Shown: positions 9,801 through 20,365 of the stretch, in pieces
Layout of the letters: each line of letters opens with the position of its first letter
How positions within the stretch are numbered: position 1 is the stretch's first letter
Assembly: GCA_963728405.1 (NCBI GenBank)
Contig: CAVSJV010000002.1
Coordinates: 128,001 to 192,000, forward strand
Direction: 5' to 3'
From: Methanomassiliicoccaceae archaeon
GTDB lineage: Archaea; Thermoplasmatota; Thermoplasmata; Methanomassiliicoccales; Methanomassiliicoccaceae
Length of the DNA: 64,000 nucleotides
The notes under the pieces: model-generated
The model's database searches: none
Seen by the model: only the letters and a program-made list of their open reading frames with translations
What the model was told of the DNA's origin: nothing
Program-made: the position numbers and the translations under genes

Positions 9801-11568
9801 TTATCCACAGCTTTCACACTGCATAGCGCCCTCTTCGGCATGTATGGACCTGCCACAGGCAGGGCAGGTGCTGGTATCCTTGATGGTCGTTAGGACCTGA
9901 CCCGGCTTGGATCCTTCCCGATATACGGTAAGCCCTTTGCACCCTTTGAGATGGGCATAGGTCAAGGCATGGTAGATATCCTTCCAAGACGCCGTCGCCG
10001 GGAGATTAATGGTCTTAGAAACGGCATTGTCCACATGCTTCTGGAACGTCGCCTGCAGGTCGATCTGCAGTTCGGCCGGGACCTCATGGGCAGTGACGAA
10101 GATGTCCCGCACTTCCTTCGGTATCTCTTCGATGTCATGAACGGAATGCGCCCCAGTCATCTTGCGCAGCAGCTCCGGTGAGTAGAACCCTCCCTGCTTG
10201 GCCGCCGATATGAATAAGGGAAGCACCTCTTCGAAATGTTGACCATCCATCACATTTCGGGAATAGGAAACCGCATAATATGGCTCGATCCCCGAGGAAC
10301 AACCGGCGATGAGGCTGATGGTGCCAGTGGGAGCGATCGACAGCACTGTAGCGTTCCGGCGGGGTCCTATGATGACCGAGTCACCGATATTGGGAAAGCT
10401 CCCTCTTGATTCCGCGATGCGCCGCGAGGCATTCTCGGCCTGTTTCCTGATGAATGATATTAGCCTATCCGCCAGCTCCAGAGAGCTGCTGCTGCCGTAA
10501 CGAACGTTCATGCGTACCAGCATATCAGCGAAGCCCATTATCCCCAGTCCGATCTTGCGATTGCCTTTAACGATAACATCGGTCTGATGCAACGGAAAGC
10601 GATTGGCGTCGATGACAGTTGTCGAGGAATCGAACACCCAGGTCAACGGTCCGGCCGAGCTTGTCCCAGTCGATCTTCCCGCCATCGACCATCCTGTTGA
10701 GGTTTATGGAGCCGAGATTGCAGGCCTCGAACGGTAGGAGGGGCACCTCCCCGCACGGGTTGGTCGCCTCGATCGGTCCCAGGGCGGGCGTGGGATTGGA
10801 ACGATTTACCGAGTCGATGTAAAGTACGCCTGGGTCTCCCGACCGCCAGGCCGACGTGGCAATCCTCTCCAGTATGTATGAGGCGGATACGCTGCGCATT
10901 GCGCCCCCGGTCCTGGGGTTGATGAGATCATAGTCCTCTCCCCTGGCCGCCCTCGCCATGAACTCGTCAGTCACTGCCACGGAGAGGTTGAAGTTTGAGA
11001 ACGAGGTCAGGTCTTCCTTGGCATGGATGAACTTTTCGATATCCGGGTGGTCGACCCTTAGGACCCCCATGTTCGCTCCCCTCCTCCTACCGCCCTGCTT
11101 GATCGATTCAGTCGCCGCGTCGAACACCTTCATGAAAGAAACGGGGCCGGAGGCGATGCCACCGGTGGAACCTACCTCATCGCCTTCCGGCCGAAGTCTC
11201 GAGAACGATAGGCCGGTGCCACCACCGGTCTGCTGGACGATGGCCGCGAACTTGATCGCGTCATAGATGCTCTCGATGGAATCCTCGACCGGTATCACGA
11301 AGCAGGCCGACAGCTGTTGGATCCTGGTTCCCGCGTTCATCAGGGTCGGGGAGTTAGGTAGGAACTCCAGTTCGCGCATGGCCCGATAGAACTCGTCCTC
11401 TTCACCCAAGCGGTCCTGGTACCTCTCATTGATCGAGGAAATGTTCCTGGCCACCCGTCGGAACATCTCATCAGGTGATTCCAGCGTTCTTCCTTCCTGC
11501 CCCTTCATCAGGTATCTCTTCTCCAGTAATTGGAGGGCGTTAGGTGAGAGAGCGGGAGGCTCAGGCAT
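9801..11568 (-). CDS. nrdJ: Class II (adenosylcobalamin-dependent) ribonucleotide reductase, indel near 10620
   Basis: PNSPTLMNAG, QLSACF, QGGRRRGANMG, TNPCGE, APTGTIS, SKTIN, C-terminal CPAC...CESC. Confidence 0.92.
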
Positions 11569-11713
11569 CGTTCGTAGATGGTCGGCGGTAACCTAAATGA
11601 CTTGCTCCGTACGGAACGACCGGACCCCGTCGGCGCTCATTAAAAAAGAACGTAATCTATTATTATCGCGAGGACCTTCCACATTCCAACCCATTTACGA
11701 GGAGTTGTTGACA

Positions 11714-11932
11714 ATGGTCGTTAAATCTTACGAGAGCGCGTCCAAAGGGTTTACCATCGAAGTGGACCAGGAGCTGTGCGAGGGCTTGAAGGATTGTGTT
11801 GAGGTCTGCCCAGTGGATGTTTATGATCTTATCGATGGGAAGGCCGTTCCCACCCGCATCGACGCGTGCATTGAATGCTGCCAGTGCGTTGATTCCTGCC
11901 CCAAGAACGCTATCAAGCACTCGTCATGCTAG
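11714..11932 (+). CDS. 4Fe-4S ferredoxin
   Basis: CEGLKDCVEVCP and CIECCQCVDSCP motifs. Confidence 0.85.
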   Translation: MVVKSYESASKGFTIEVDQELCEGLKDCVEVCPVDVYDLIDGKAVPTRIDACIECCQCVDSCPKNAIKHSSC

Positions 11933-12828
11933 TAACCGTTATCGGGCTTCTTAAGCACGCCCCGGGAGTACCAGGCCCGGGCCACCTTCTTGATCCTCAG
12001 CTCCATGCGGAGGTCTGCCGAAGAGAGCATGCCCTGGTCCGTGATTATGTGGGAGAACAGGTCCAGCGGAGTGCTCTCGAAAACTTGCACGTGTTCAGTC
12101 AGGTGAGGACCCATGGGATTTGTCTTGACGACAAGATCGGAAAGCACCACGGGGCTGATCTTGCTCCATCCGCACACCGCGACTGCGGGTAGGTCGTTGG
12201 CCCTGGCCGCCTCGGCCAGCACTCGGGTCCCGACCTTGTTCACCAAGCCGGATTGGGTCACTGAATCGGCCCCGGTGATGGCCCCGTCAACATCTTCCAT
12301 TCGGGCGAAGATGGTCGAATCGTAAATGACCTCGGTCTCCATCCTGTGGTCCGAGAGTAGCTTGGCGAATTGCCTGCCCTCGCCCCCCGGGGACGCTTCC
12401 GCCACGGTCACCTTGACCTGCCGGTCCTTTGATAGGGCTTTCAGGACCTGGGCAACGGTGTCGGAATGGGAGGTGGTCATGAACCAGTTCCCCTTGATGT
12501 GCTTGAGGGATTGCTCAGCGATGCGCAGTCCGCTCCTTCTCTCCCGTTCCATCATCTCCAGGAGAGTGTCGTGCAGAAAATGGGAACCATGTGACCCATG
12601 TTCCATCTGCAACATGATGGAGTTGGCGATATTGAACACCGGGGCGATGCTCGGCTTGGCGAAATAGATGGCAACAGCGAAGTCCTCCCACTCCGGTGCG
12701 GGGATGGATGCCAGGTCATCGTCTGATATTGCCAGGAGACTGTTGAGGATGTCGCTCATCATCTCCGATGCGCCGGAATTGGCATCCTTGGCCAGGGTCT
12801 CCGCGATCTCTCTCAGGCGGGGGTCCAT
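11929..12828 (-). CDS. eIF-2B alpha/beta/delta-like family protein
   Basis: EASPGGEG, GADSV, NKVGT, FESTPLD..IITDQG motifs. Confidence 0.8.
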   Translation of the reverse strand: MDPRLREIAETLAKDANSGASEMMSDILNSLLAISDDDLASIPAPEWEDFAVAIYFAKPSIAPVFNIANSIMLQMEHGSHGSHFLHDTLLEMMERERRSGLRIAEQSLKHIKGNWFMTTSHSDTVAQVLKALSKDRQVKVTVAEASPGGEGRQFAKLLSDHRMETEVIYDSTIFARMEDVDGAITGADSVTQSGLVNKVGTRVLAEAARANDLPAVAVCGWSKISPVVLSDLVVKTNPMGPHLTEHVQVFESTPLDLFSHIITDQGMLSSADLRMELRIKKVARAWYSRGVLKKPDNGY

Positions 12829-12889
12829 GCTACCAGTATAAGGAATGGAGCTATAATGATTTTTAAAAGGAAAGGGGTTTGGACCCGCC

Positions 12890-13363
12890 TCAAGCGTAGG
12901 ACGAGATCACTTCATCGGAGATATGCTCCAACTTAACGAGCTTCTCATGATAATGGTTCCTGGGGTCCAAACTTATGATCAAATTGCTGCCGTCCTCATT
13001 GATCTTATTCGTGGTCCTGGCCAGGACGTCCAGTACGGGGCGGAAGCCGTTCCACATCTCAAGAACGTCCAGTCCGTTAAGGACGATGATCCCCTCCTTG
13101 TTCACGGCCAAGAAATTATTAATATTGTTCTCGAACGCCTGCAGGTTCATCGGTGGGATGCAGTCTGGGTTGGGGCGTGTGCTCAGCCACATGGTCTCCA
13201 GCATCTGCTCGTCAAAGTCCAGCTGGCTTCTCAGCAGCCGGGGCGGGTTCTTTGAGATATACAGGGTCTTCCGACCTTTATCGAGTTCCTTCCTCAGGAC
13301 CTGATGCGTCCGCAATGGTACCCGTTCCTCGAACAGGTAGAACTTCCCCTTTAATAACTTCAT
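12890..13363 (-). CDS. DUF835 domain protein
   Basis: LYISKNPP, WLST, IVLNGLDVLEMWNGF, SLDP. Confidence 0.75.
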   Translation of the reverse strand: MKLLKGKFYLFEERVPLRTHQVLRKELDKGRKTLYISKNPPRLLRSQLDFDEQMLETMWLSTRPNPDCIPPMNLQAFENNINNFLAVNKEGIIVLNGLDVLEMWNGFRPVLDVLARTTNKINEDGSNLIISLDPRNHYHEKLVKLEHISDEVISSYA

Positions 13364-13629
13364 TTCAGTACCTCCGATCTCCAGATCCGGCCCCTACCAC
13401 TGGTTGTGGCTATTAGGCGGTTGCCCACCGATAAAATTCATTAATTGATAATACGTCCGCAGAAAAAGCGTAATTATTTGGATATGTTAAATGAAAAAAT
13501 TATCTGGTATGCCAATTTTATAAGCGGAATAATTCGACATATTCGATCAACGTATTGATAATAATTAATCATTGATGAAATACTGGCCTATATTGACCGA
13601 TGTATGCTGGTGAAAAAATGTCGAAAAGT

Positions 13630-13926
13630 GTCAGGTGAGGGTAGTAGGCCCCCTTCTGTTTCAGGCAGCATTCAACTAAGCACCCTACCCGTCGGTCCTG
13701 AGAGTCATCCCGACTGTTTGGGCTTGCTCCGGTGGGGAGTCGCCGTTTCACCAAATCCCTGACCAACGTCACCGCCGGGCGGATCATCCTCGGTCAAGGC
13801 TGTGTCGTTTCTGCGCCCTTGCCCTGGCTCTAACCAGGCCGCTCGCGCGACCCACCTTCTCAATGGAGGGGGGACCTTCCTCAGCTGGGCTTGCGCCCTA
13901 CCGTCAGCCGCCCTCCCTCTCCTGAC
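13630..13926 (-). ncRNA. rnpB: Archaeal RNase P RNA
   Basis: Minus strand contains GAGGAAGGUCCCCC (CR I), GCAGAAACG, GGUGAAACGGC, GGAGCAAG, ACAGAAGGGGGCCUA (CR V); termini GUCAGG.GAGGG / CCCUC.CCUGAC pair as P1. Confidence 0.93.
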
Positions 13927-14072
13927 GATGAATCGAAATCGTTCTTTCTATTTGAACATTAAGGCGGTAGGTGAGCCGAAATATCGAAAGGGCCACTTTT
14001 TTCGTACTATCAGAATGATTATTTAGATAGGTAGTTATACGCCGTTAACCTTTTTATTTCTGAGGTTAAAAA

Positions 14073-14426
14073 ATGGCTAAAGTAGCTATCGTTGTAAATG
14101 GTGCAGAACCAAAATCTGTATACCCACCATTCGTGTTGGGAACGAGCGGCTTGGCTATTGGAAACGACGTAATAATGTTCTTCTGCCCCGCAGGTGGAAC
14201 ATGGTGCAAGAAAGGCGAGTTGGAGAAGGTCACCGGGAAGGGAATGCCGGATATGAAGGACCTCATAGAGAAGTTCAAGAAGCTGGGTGGAAAAATGTAT
14301 CTCTGTGAGCTGGCCCTTGAGGCCAAGGACCTTAAGACTGAGGACCTGCGAACCGATATCGAGATAATCGGTGCTACTGAATTTATGACAAAGGCAAGCG
14401 ATGCCACTGTCACCTTTTCGTTCTGA
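14073..14426 (+). CDS. DsrE/DsrF-like sulfur carrier protein
   Basis: 117 aa, MFFCPAG, MYLCELA, IIGATEF pattern; adjacent to tusA. Confidence 0.8.
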   Translation: MAKVAIVVNGAEPKSVYPPFVLGTSGLAIGNDVIMFFCPAGGTWCKKGELEKVTGKGMPDMKDLIEKFKKLGGKMYLCELALEAKDLKTEDLRTDIEIIGATEFMTKASDATVTFSF

Positions 14427-14458
14427 TAGGGCGATCTAAGATCCTTTGGTGATTGGAG

Positions 14459-14680
14459 ATGGCGACCTACAAGATCGACGCGCTGGGGCTTAAATGCCCC
14501 CAGCCAATATTGGAAGTGGCGGTCAAAGCCAGAGAATTAAAACCGGGAGATGTTCTGGAGGTCCTATCGGATTGCCACTCCTTCCCGAAGGATGTAAAGG
14601 CTTGGTGCGAAAAAACCAAGAGGGTCCTCCTGTTCGTCAACGACGAGGGAGGCAAGTTCAGAGCCCAGATACAGTTCTGA
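14459..14680 (+). CDS. tusA: TusA/SirA family sulfurtransferase
   Basis: IDALGLKCPQP motif; DVKAWC. Confidence 0.9.
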   Translation: MATYKIDALGLKCPQPILEVAVKARELKPGDVLEVLSDCHSFPKDVKAWCEKTKRVLLFVNDEGGKFRAQIQF

Positions 14681-14738
14681 AAGCGATACGAATGAAAGGG
14701 CCTGGAGCAAGTGAAATGCACCTTAATTAGTGGTAACT

Positions 14739-15189
14739 ATGCAAGATTTCGAACCGAGGATAGTCGGATTCCTCTGTAATTGGTGCTCCTATGCTGGAGC
14801 GGACCTTGCGGGAATGAACAAATTAAGCATTCCCGCTTCATTCACGCCGATCAGGGTCATGTGCTCATCCCGATTGGACCCTGTGCTCATACTGACAGCA
14901 TTCCTGCGGGGAGCTGACGGCGTTCTGGTGGCGGGGTGCCATCCGGGGGACTGCCATTACGATACCGGCAACTACTATACCCGCCGCAGGCAAGTGCTCC
15001 TGAAGAAACGTGATAGGGAGCCTGGGGCTGGAACCGGAGAGGCTCCAGCTTTCCTGGGTATCGGCCTCAGAGGGGAAAAGGTTCGCTGAGGTGGTGAACG
15101 AGTTCGATCAGCGGGTCCGATCAATGGGGCCCAACTGTCCTAAAAACCAAAGCGAGCGTGTGAGACGTTATGGCTGGAAACAACACTGA
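14739..15189 (+). CDS. mvhD: MvhD-type [2Fe-2S] hydrogenase/Hdr-associated subunit (copy 1), indel near 15010
   Basis: FLCNWCSYAGAD, RVMCSSR, GCHPGDCHY; WVSASEG continues in a shifted frame. Confidence 0.88.
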
Positions 15190-16451
15190 AGTATTGGTCA
15201 TCGGAGCGGGCGTCGCTGGTATCGAGGCAAGCCTGTTGCTTTCCCAGTCTGGCCGCCGAGTGCACCTTGTAGAGAAGAGTTCGTTCACTGGTGGCATGGC
15301 GGTCCTGTTCGAGCAGGTCTTTCCAACGTTCGAATGTGCTACCTGCATGCTTTCCCCTCGTCAACAGGAGGTGCTTCAGGATAGTATGATCGATCTCCTC
15401 ACTCTTTCCGAGGTCCAACAAGTCGAGCCAGTCCCCCAGGGGTTCCGGGTCAAGGTTCTGAAGATGGCGCGATTCATTGACGCGAACGCCTGCATCGGTT
15501 GCGGGGCCTGCTACGAACCCTGCCCGATCAGCGTGCCTAACGAGGTGGAGTTGGGCCTGGCCACTAGGAAAGCGGTCTACGTCCCATTTGCGGGGAGTTT
15601 GCCCAATGTGCCTCAGATCGATAAAGAACGCTGTCTCCACTTCAAGGGGGAAAGCTGCCAGGCATGCAAGGACGCTTGTGTGTTCGAGGCCATCGATCTC
15701 GAGCAGAAGGATGAGCTGGTGGAGCTGGAGGTAGGGGCGATCATCGTGGCTACCGGTTCTACCCTGATCGACCTGCGGGACGTCGATCGCTATGGCTATG
15801 GGAAGCATAGTGGTATCTACAGCGCTCTGGAGCTGGAGAGGTTGTTCTCCTCGAACGGTCCGACGGGCGGGAACATTGTGCAAAGGGACGGAAAGGCTCC
15901 CCGTTCGGTGGCACTGGTCCATTGTGCCGGCCGCGAGGAACAAGGTTTCTGTTCATCGGTGTGCTGCCTTTACCTGCTCAAGTTCAACCGATATCTCCGC
16001 TCCAAGCTCCCCGACTGTACAGATCCATGAGCTCTATACGGATCTCTGCATACCTGGTCAAGGGGATCAGCGGTTCTTCATGAGGATGATGGAAGGTGGT
16101 ACCGACCTGGTCCGGGCGAGCGGCCTGAACGTGGACACAAAGGGTGAGATGCCGGTGATCGAGTTCACCCGGTCAGGTGGAGGTAAGGGATCCTTGGAAG
16201 TGGACATGGTGATCCTGGCCCCAGCCCTGGTGGGCCGGCCGGATGGCGATCGCCTCGCTGGGGCCCTAAGCATCGACCTGGACGAACATGGTTTCTTCGC
16301 AGAAGGTGATGGGGGCCCGGTCAGCACGTCCCGGGAAGGAATCTACGTGATCGGTGGCGCCCAGGGCCCCAAGAGCATCGAGGCTGCGACAGCGGACGCC
16401 TACGCCGCAGTGGCCGAGATACTGGCAGCCGGCAACGAGGGGAGTGGTTGA
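15170..16451 (+). CDS. hdrA: HdrA-like flavoprotein (short form with ferredoxin insert), indel near 16020
   Basis: IGAGVAGI, FPTFECATC, CIGCGACYEPCP, HCAGRE..CSSVCC, GAQGPKSI. Confidence 0.85.
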
Positions 16452-18135
16452 TCTGGCCCGTATCGGCGTGTTCATCTGCGAATGCGGTTCCAACATATCG
16501 GACAAGATCGATATCAAAAAGGTGATCGGAGAGCTCTCTGGGATGGAACAGGTGGTCCTGGTCGAGCCGTACCGTTTGATGTGCTCGTCCGAAGGTAAAT
16601 CTTACCTTGAGGAACGTATCAAAAAGGAACGGCTCACCCATGTCGTGGTCGCCGCATGTTCTCCTAGGGAGCACCAACAGACCTTCATGGGGGTCTGCGA
16701 AACAGCGGGCATGAACCCCTACCTGATGCAGCTGGTCAACATCCGAGAGCAATGCGCCTGGGTCACCGAAGACCCCCAGAAGGCCACCGAGAAGGCCACC
16801 CGCATGATCAGAGCGGCCATCAAGCGGGTCGCCTACCAGAACTCCTTGCCCAAGAGAGAGCTGGAGATGAACTCAGATGTGCTGGTCCTGGGAGGCGGGA
16901 TCGCCGGCATCGAGGCCAGCCTGTTGCTGGCCAGCCGCGGGCGTAAGGTCTACCTGGTGGAGAGGGAAGCGAAGTTGGGAGGGCTGGCGGCCTCCTTCCA
17001 AAGGGCTTATCCGAATATGACGGACCTTCCCCTGTTCCTGGAAGGTAGGATAGCGCAGGTGATGAAGGACCCCCACATCGAGGTGATGTCAGAGAGCGTT
17101 CTGGAACATGTGGTGGGCTTCTCAGGTAATTTTGAGGTTCGGTTACGTCGGGCCGGTGAGGGAGACGTGACCAAAGACATCGAGGTCGGAGCGGTGATCC
17201 TGACCACCGGCGGACAACTGTTCGATCCACACCGGATAAGAGGCAACGGCTATGGGATGGTGGACAACGTCATTACTGCCCTGGAGTTCGAGTCGATGAA
17301 CCGGGCTGGTCCGATCCGGCTCAAAGATGGTTCGACCCCTTCCTCAGTGGCCCTCATCCATTGCGTAGGGAGGGAGGTCAAGGGCTACTGCTCCGGGATA
17401 TGTTGCATGTACGGGATGAAGTTCTCCCGTTACCTGACCGAAAGCTTGCCAGGCATCAAGGTCTTTCACCTCTATTCGGATATGACCGTGCCGGGAAAGG
17501 ATAACCAGAACTTCATGGAAGACACCTTGAAGGGAGGCCCTGAGCTGGTCCGTGTCGCCGATCCCCGGGTCCGCCAGGGAGAGCGTGGACCTACCATCGA
17601 TTACTTGGACGAGAACGGTGGCACCAAGGGCCTGAGCGTTGATATGATCATTCTTCTGCCGGCCTTGGAGCCGCGGGCCGATGCGGTGGAGGTGGCCAAG
17701 CTTGTGGGGATCGAGACCGATGGCGAGGGTTTCTTTGCCCAGCAGCACCAGAAGCTCGGCCCGGTATCCGCTTCCAAGGAGGGAGTGTACATCGCTGGTT
17801 GTGCTCAAGGGCCCAAGGACCTCCACGACAGCATCGCCCAGGCCCAGGCCACCGCCGGCAGGGTGCTCGCTTCCCTCGTCCCAGGAAGGAAGATCGAGAT
17901 CGAGGCCAAGACCTCCCACATCCTCGAATCGTTCTGCCAGGGGTGCAAGTCCTGCATCTCGGTCTGCCCCTTTGGGGCCATCTCCTTCGACGAGCAACGG
18001 AAGGTAGCAGTGGTCAACGAGGTGCTCTGTCGAGGATGCGGCAACTGTTCGGCGGCCTGTCCGTCAGGGGCGGCCGTGCTCAAACACTCGACCTATGGCC
18101 AGATCTATCAGGAGATCATGGAGGCGGTAAGATGA
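16444..18135 (+). CDS. hdrA: HdrA-like flavoprotein (N-terminal Fe-S domain, C-terminal 2x4Fe-4S)
   Basis: IGVFICECGSNI, AACSP, NIREQCAW, GGGIAG, YCSGICC, CQGCKSCISVCP, CRGCGNCSAACP. Confidence 0.88.
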   Translation: MVDLARIGVFICECGSNISDKIDIKKVIGELSGMEQVVLVEPYRLMCSSEGKSYLEERIKKERLTHVVVAACSPREHQQTFMGVCETAGMNPYLMQLVNIREQCAWVTEDPQKATEKATRMIRAAIKRVAYQNSLPKRELEMNSDVLVLGGGIAGIEASLLLASRGRKVYLVEREAKLGGLAASFQRAYPNMTDLPLFLEGRIAQVMKDPHIEVMSESVLEHVVGFSGNFEVRLRRAGEGDVTKDIEVGAVILTTGGQLFDPHRIRGNGYGMVDNVITALEFESMNRAGPIRLKDGSTPSSVALIHCVGREVKGYCSGICCMYGMKFSRYLTESLPGIKVFHLYSDMTVPGKDNQNFMEDTLKGGPELVRVADPRVRQGERGPTIDYLDENGGTKGLSVDMIILLPALEPRADAVEVAKLVGIETDGEGFFAQQHQKLGPVSASKEGVYIAGCAQGPKDLHDSIAQAQATAGRVLASLVPGRKIEIEAKTSHILESFCQGCKSCISVCPFGAISFDEQRKVAVVNEVLCRGCGNCSAACPSGAAVLKHSTYGQIYQEIMEAVR

Positions 18136-19259
18136 CGGAGGCCTCACAGCAGCAGTTCAAGGCGGTTCGATTGGCCGATAGGGGAAGCATCTCGGCGACG
18201 CTTATCGACCTGCTCACCAAGGGAATGGAGAAAGGGGTCTTCGAGGCGGTCCTGGTTCCCATGAAAGTACCGCAAGGCGACGGCTTCGCATATATCATGA
18301 TAAAGGACCGCTCGCTCCTGGCAGAGGCATGTCCTCTACCCCCGGTGGTGTCCATGCAGGGCGGGATCGCGCTGAGCGCCCTTACCCGTCGGGGCAATAG
18401 CCCGCTAAAGATCGCGGCGGTCATGAGGCCCTGCGAGATGCGGGCGACCATCGAGCTGGTCAAATTGGGCCAGGTGGACCTGACCAATGTCACGCTCATC
18501 AGCATGGATTGCCCCGGAGCGCTCCGATTGAAAGACTTCTCCCAGGACCCTCGGTCCGAGGAGACCAGGTTCGAGAAGGCCATCAGGGAAGGGAGGGATG
18601 ATGATGTCCGGCCCATATGTCAGATATGCCATCGTTCCAGCCAGGTCTCGGGAGACCTACACCTGGGCCAGCTCGGCAGCGACGGTTCCTACCTGCCCCT
18701 CCTCTCGAACAGCCCCCAAGGCGATAAGGTCCTAGCTGCTCTGAGCCTGACCTCCGTCGAGGACGTGACGGCTTGGGGTTCGGGAGTGGCCAAGGTTACC
18801 GACCGTAGGGCGGCCGCCCGGGAGGCCTGGCACCTGGAGTACGAGGCTAACATCGAGGGGACCGAAAACCTTCTCAAGACCTTGGCCACGTGCATCGACT
18901 GCCATAACTGCATGAGAGTATGCCCCGTCTGCTACTGCCGGCTGTGCTATTTCGATTCGGACAAGATCAAGCACCCTGCGGACGACTATCTGGACCAGGC
19001 CAAGTCCAAAGGGTGCCTAAGGTTTCCTCCGGACATGCTCCTCTTCCACTTGGGAAGAATGACCCATATGAGCCTCACCTGCGTATCATGTGGGGCTTGC
19101 GAGGATGCCTGTCCCGCCTCGATCCCCATAGCTCGGATATTCAGCTACGTGGCCGATAAGGCCCAGGGCGCCTTTGATTATGTTCCCGGAAGGAGCCGTG
19201 ACGATCCTCAGCCCCTGATCGTTTACAAAGAGCAGGAACACCTGGAGGAGGGAGAGTAG
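18132..19259 (+). CDS. FdhB/FrhB-like Fe-S protein
   Basis: RPCEMRA, SMDCPG, CIDCHNCMRVCPVCYC, CVSCGACEDACP. Confidence 0.8.
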   Translation: MTEASQQQFKAVRLADRGSISATLIDLLTKGMEKGVFEAVLVPMKVPQGDGFAYIMIKDRSLLAEACPLPPVVSMQGGIALSALTRRGNSPLKIAAVMRPCEMRATIELVKLGQVDLTNVTLISMDCPGALRLKDFSQDPRSEETRFEKAIREGRDDDVRPICQICHRSSQVSGDLHLGQLGSDGSYLPLLSNSPQGDKVLAALSLTSVEDVTAWGSGVAKVTDRRAAAREAWHLEYEANIEGTENLLKTLATCIDCHNCMRVCPVCYCRLCYFDSDKIKHPADDYLDQAKSKGCLRFPPDMLLFHLGRMTHMSLTCVSCGACEDACPASIPIARIFSYVADKAQGAFDYVPGRSRDDPQPLIVYKEQEHLEEGE

Positions 19260-19260
19260 G

Positions 19261-20355
19261 ATGACCAAAGGGATCACACTGGCTACCGGCCCAGAGGGTG
19301 GGCTCAAACTACTGCTCAAGCATTTGTTGGAGGGCGGTACGGTCCAGGGCATATTCGTACTTACGCGGATCGAGAACGGTAAGGTGGCCTATGCATTGGT
19401 CACCGACCCTGCTAAGATCGACGATAGCGCTCCTCTCTACCCGGTGATGCCGGTAAACCTCGGTCAGATCCTGCACCGATTCGCGGTAAGGAAGGGCGTT
19501 ACGCGCCCGGTGGCGGTGGTGGCCAGGCCCTGTGAGCTCCGAGCGTTCGTGGAGACGATGAAGCGCCGCCAATGGAGCTTGGACAACGTCCTCATCATAA
19601 GCCATACCTGTCCGGGGGTATACACCCTGCGGACATCGGTAGAGCGGGACCTGGACGAGGAGCTGCCTGGCTATTGGGAACACGTACATACGAACACTAT
19701 CAATACAGATCTCCGGCCGGCGTGTCGGTCCTGCACTGAGTTCGTCCCGTACACGGCCGATCTGACCTTAAGGCTGGTCGACGCGGGGAAGGACTGCACG
19801 TTCCTGGCGAACAATGAACGCGGTGAGCGTCTGATCGAGGGCCTGACCGGGAAAAGGATCGAGGGCGAGTTGGACCGAGAAAGGATCGAAGGCCTGCTGA
19901 ACAAAAGGGCGGAGCAGAGATTCCAGTTACTGGGCCATCAGGCGAATATCAAGGGGCTCGATGACCTCGTCGGGACCTTCGGGAAGTGTATCAACTGTCA
20001 CGCCTGCGGCCGGGCCTGCCCCATCTGCTCGTGCACCCTATGCGCCTTCGAATCGACGACCTATGAAAAGAACCCGGGCGATTTCGATCAGGCACTGCTG
20101 AAAAAGAAGGGCGTGCGGCTCCCTCCCGACACCATGTTCTTCCACCTCGGGAGGATGCTGCACATGGCCGTTTCCTGCGTGGCCTGCGGTTCCTGCCAGG
20201 ATGTCTGCCCGGTCGAAATACCGGTCTCCCTGGTGTTCAAGAGGGTCGGGGAATCCCTCCAGAAGACATTTGGCTACGTGCCTGGGAGGGACCTGAAAGA
20301 ACCGTTGCCGGTGAACACGTTCAACGTGGAGGAGTTCATCGAGGTCGAGGAGTAA
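19261..20355 (+). CDS. FdhB/FrhB-like Fe-S protein (paralog)
   Basis: RPCELRA, CINCHACGRACPICSC, CVACGSCQDVCP. Confidence 0.8.
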   Translation: MTKGITLATGPEGGLKLLLKHLLEGGTVQGIFVLTRIENGKVAYALVTDPAKIDDSAPLYPVMPVNLGQILHRFAVRKGVTRPVAVVARPCELRAFVETMKRRQWSLDNVLIISHTCPGVYTLRTSVERDLDEELPGYWEHVHTNTINTDLRPACRSCTEFVPYTADLTLRLVDAGKDCTFLANNERGERLIEGLTGKRIEGELDRERIEGLLNKRAEQRFQLLGHQANIKGLDDLVGTFGKCINCHACGRACPICSCTLCAFESTTYEKNPGDFDQALLKKKGVRLPPDTMFFHLGRMLHMAVSCVACGSCQDVCPVEIPVSLVFKRVGESLQKTFGYVPGRDLKEPLPVNTFNVEEFIEVEE

Positions 20356-20365
20356 GAGGTGCAAC

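Noticed and set aside
13569-14026. Short ORFs 13569..13787 and 13802..14026
   Set aside because: They overlap the RNase P RNA gene and are spurious.
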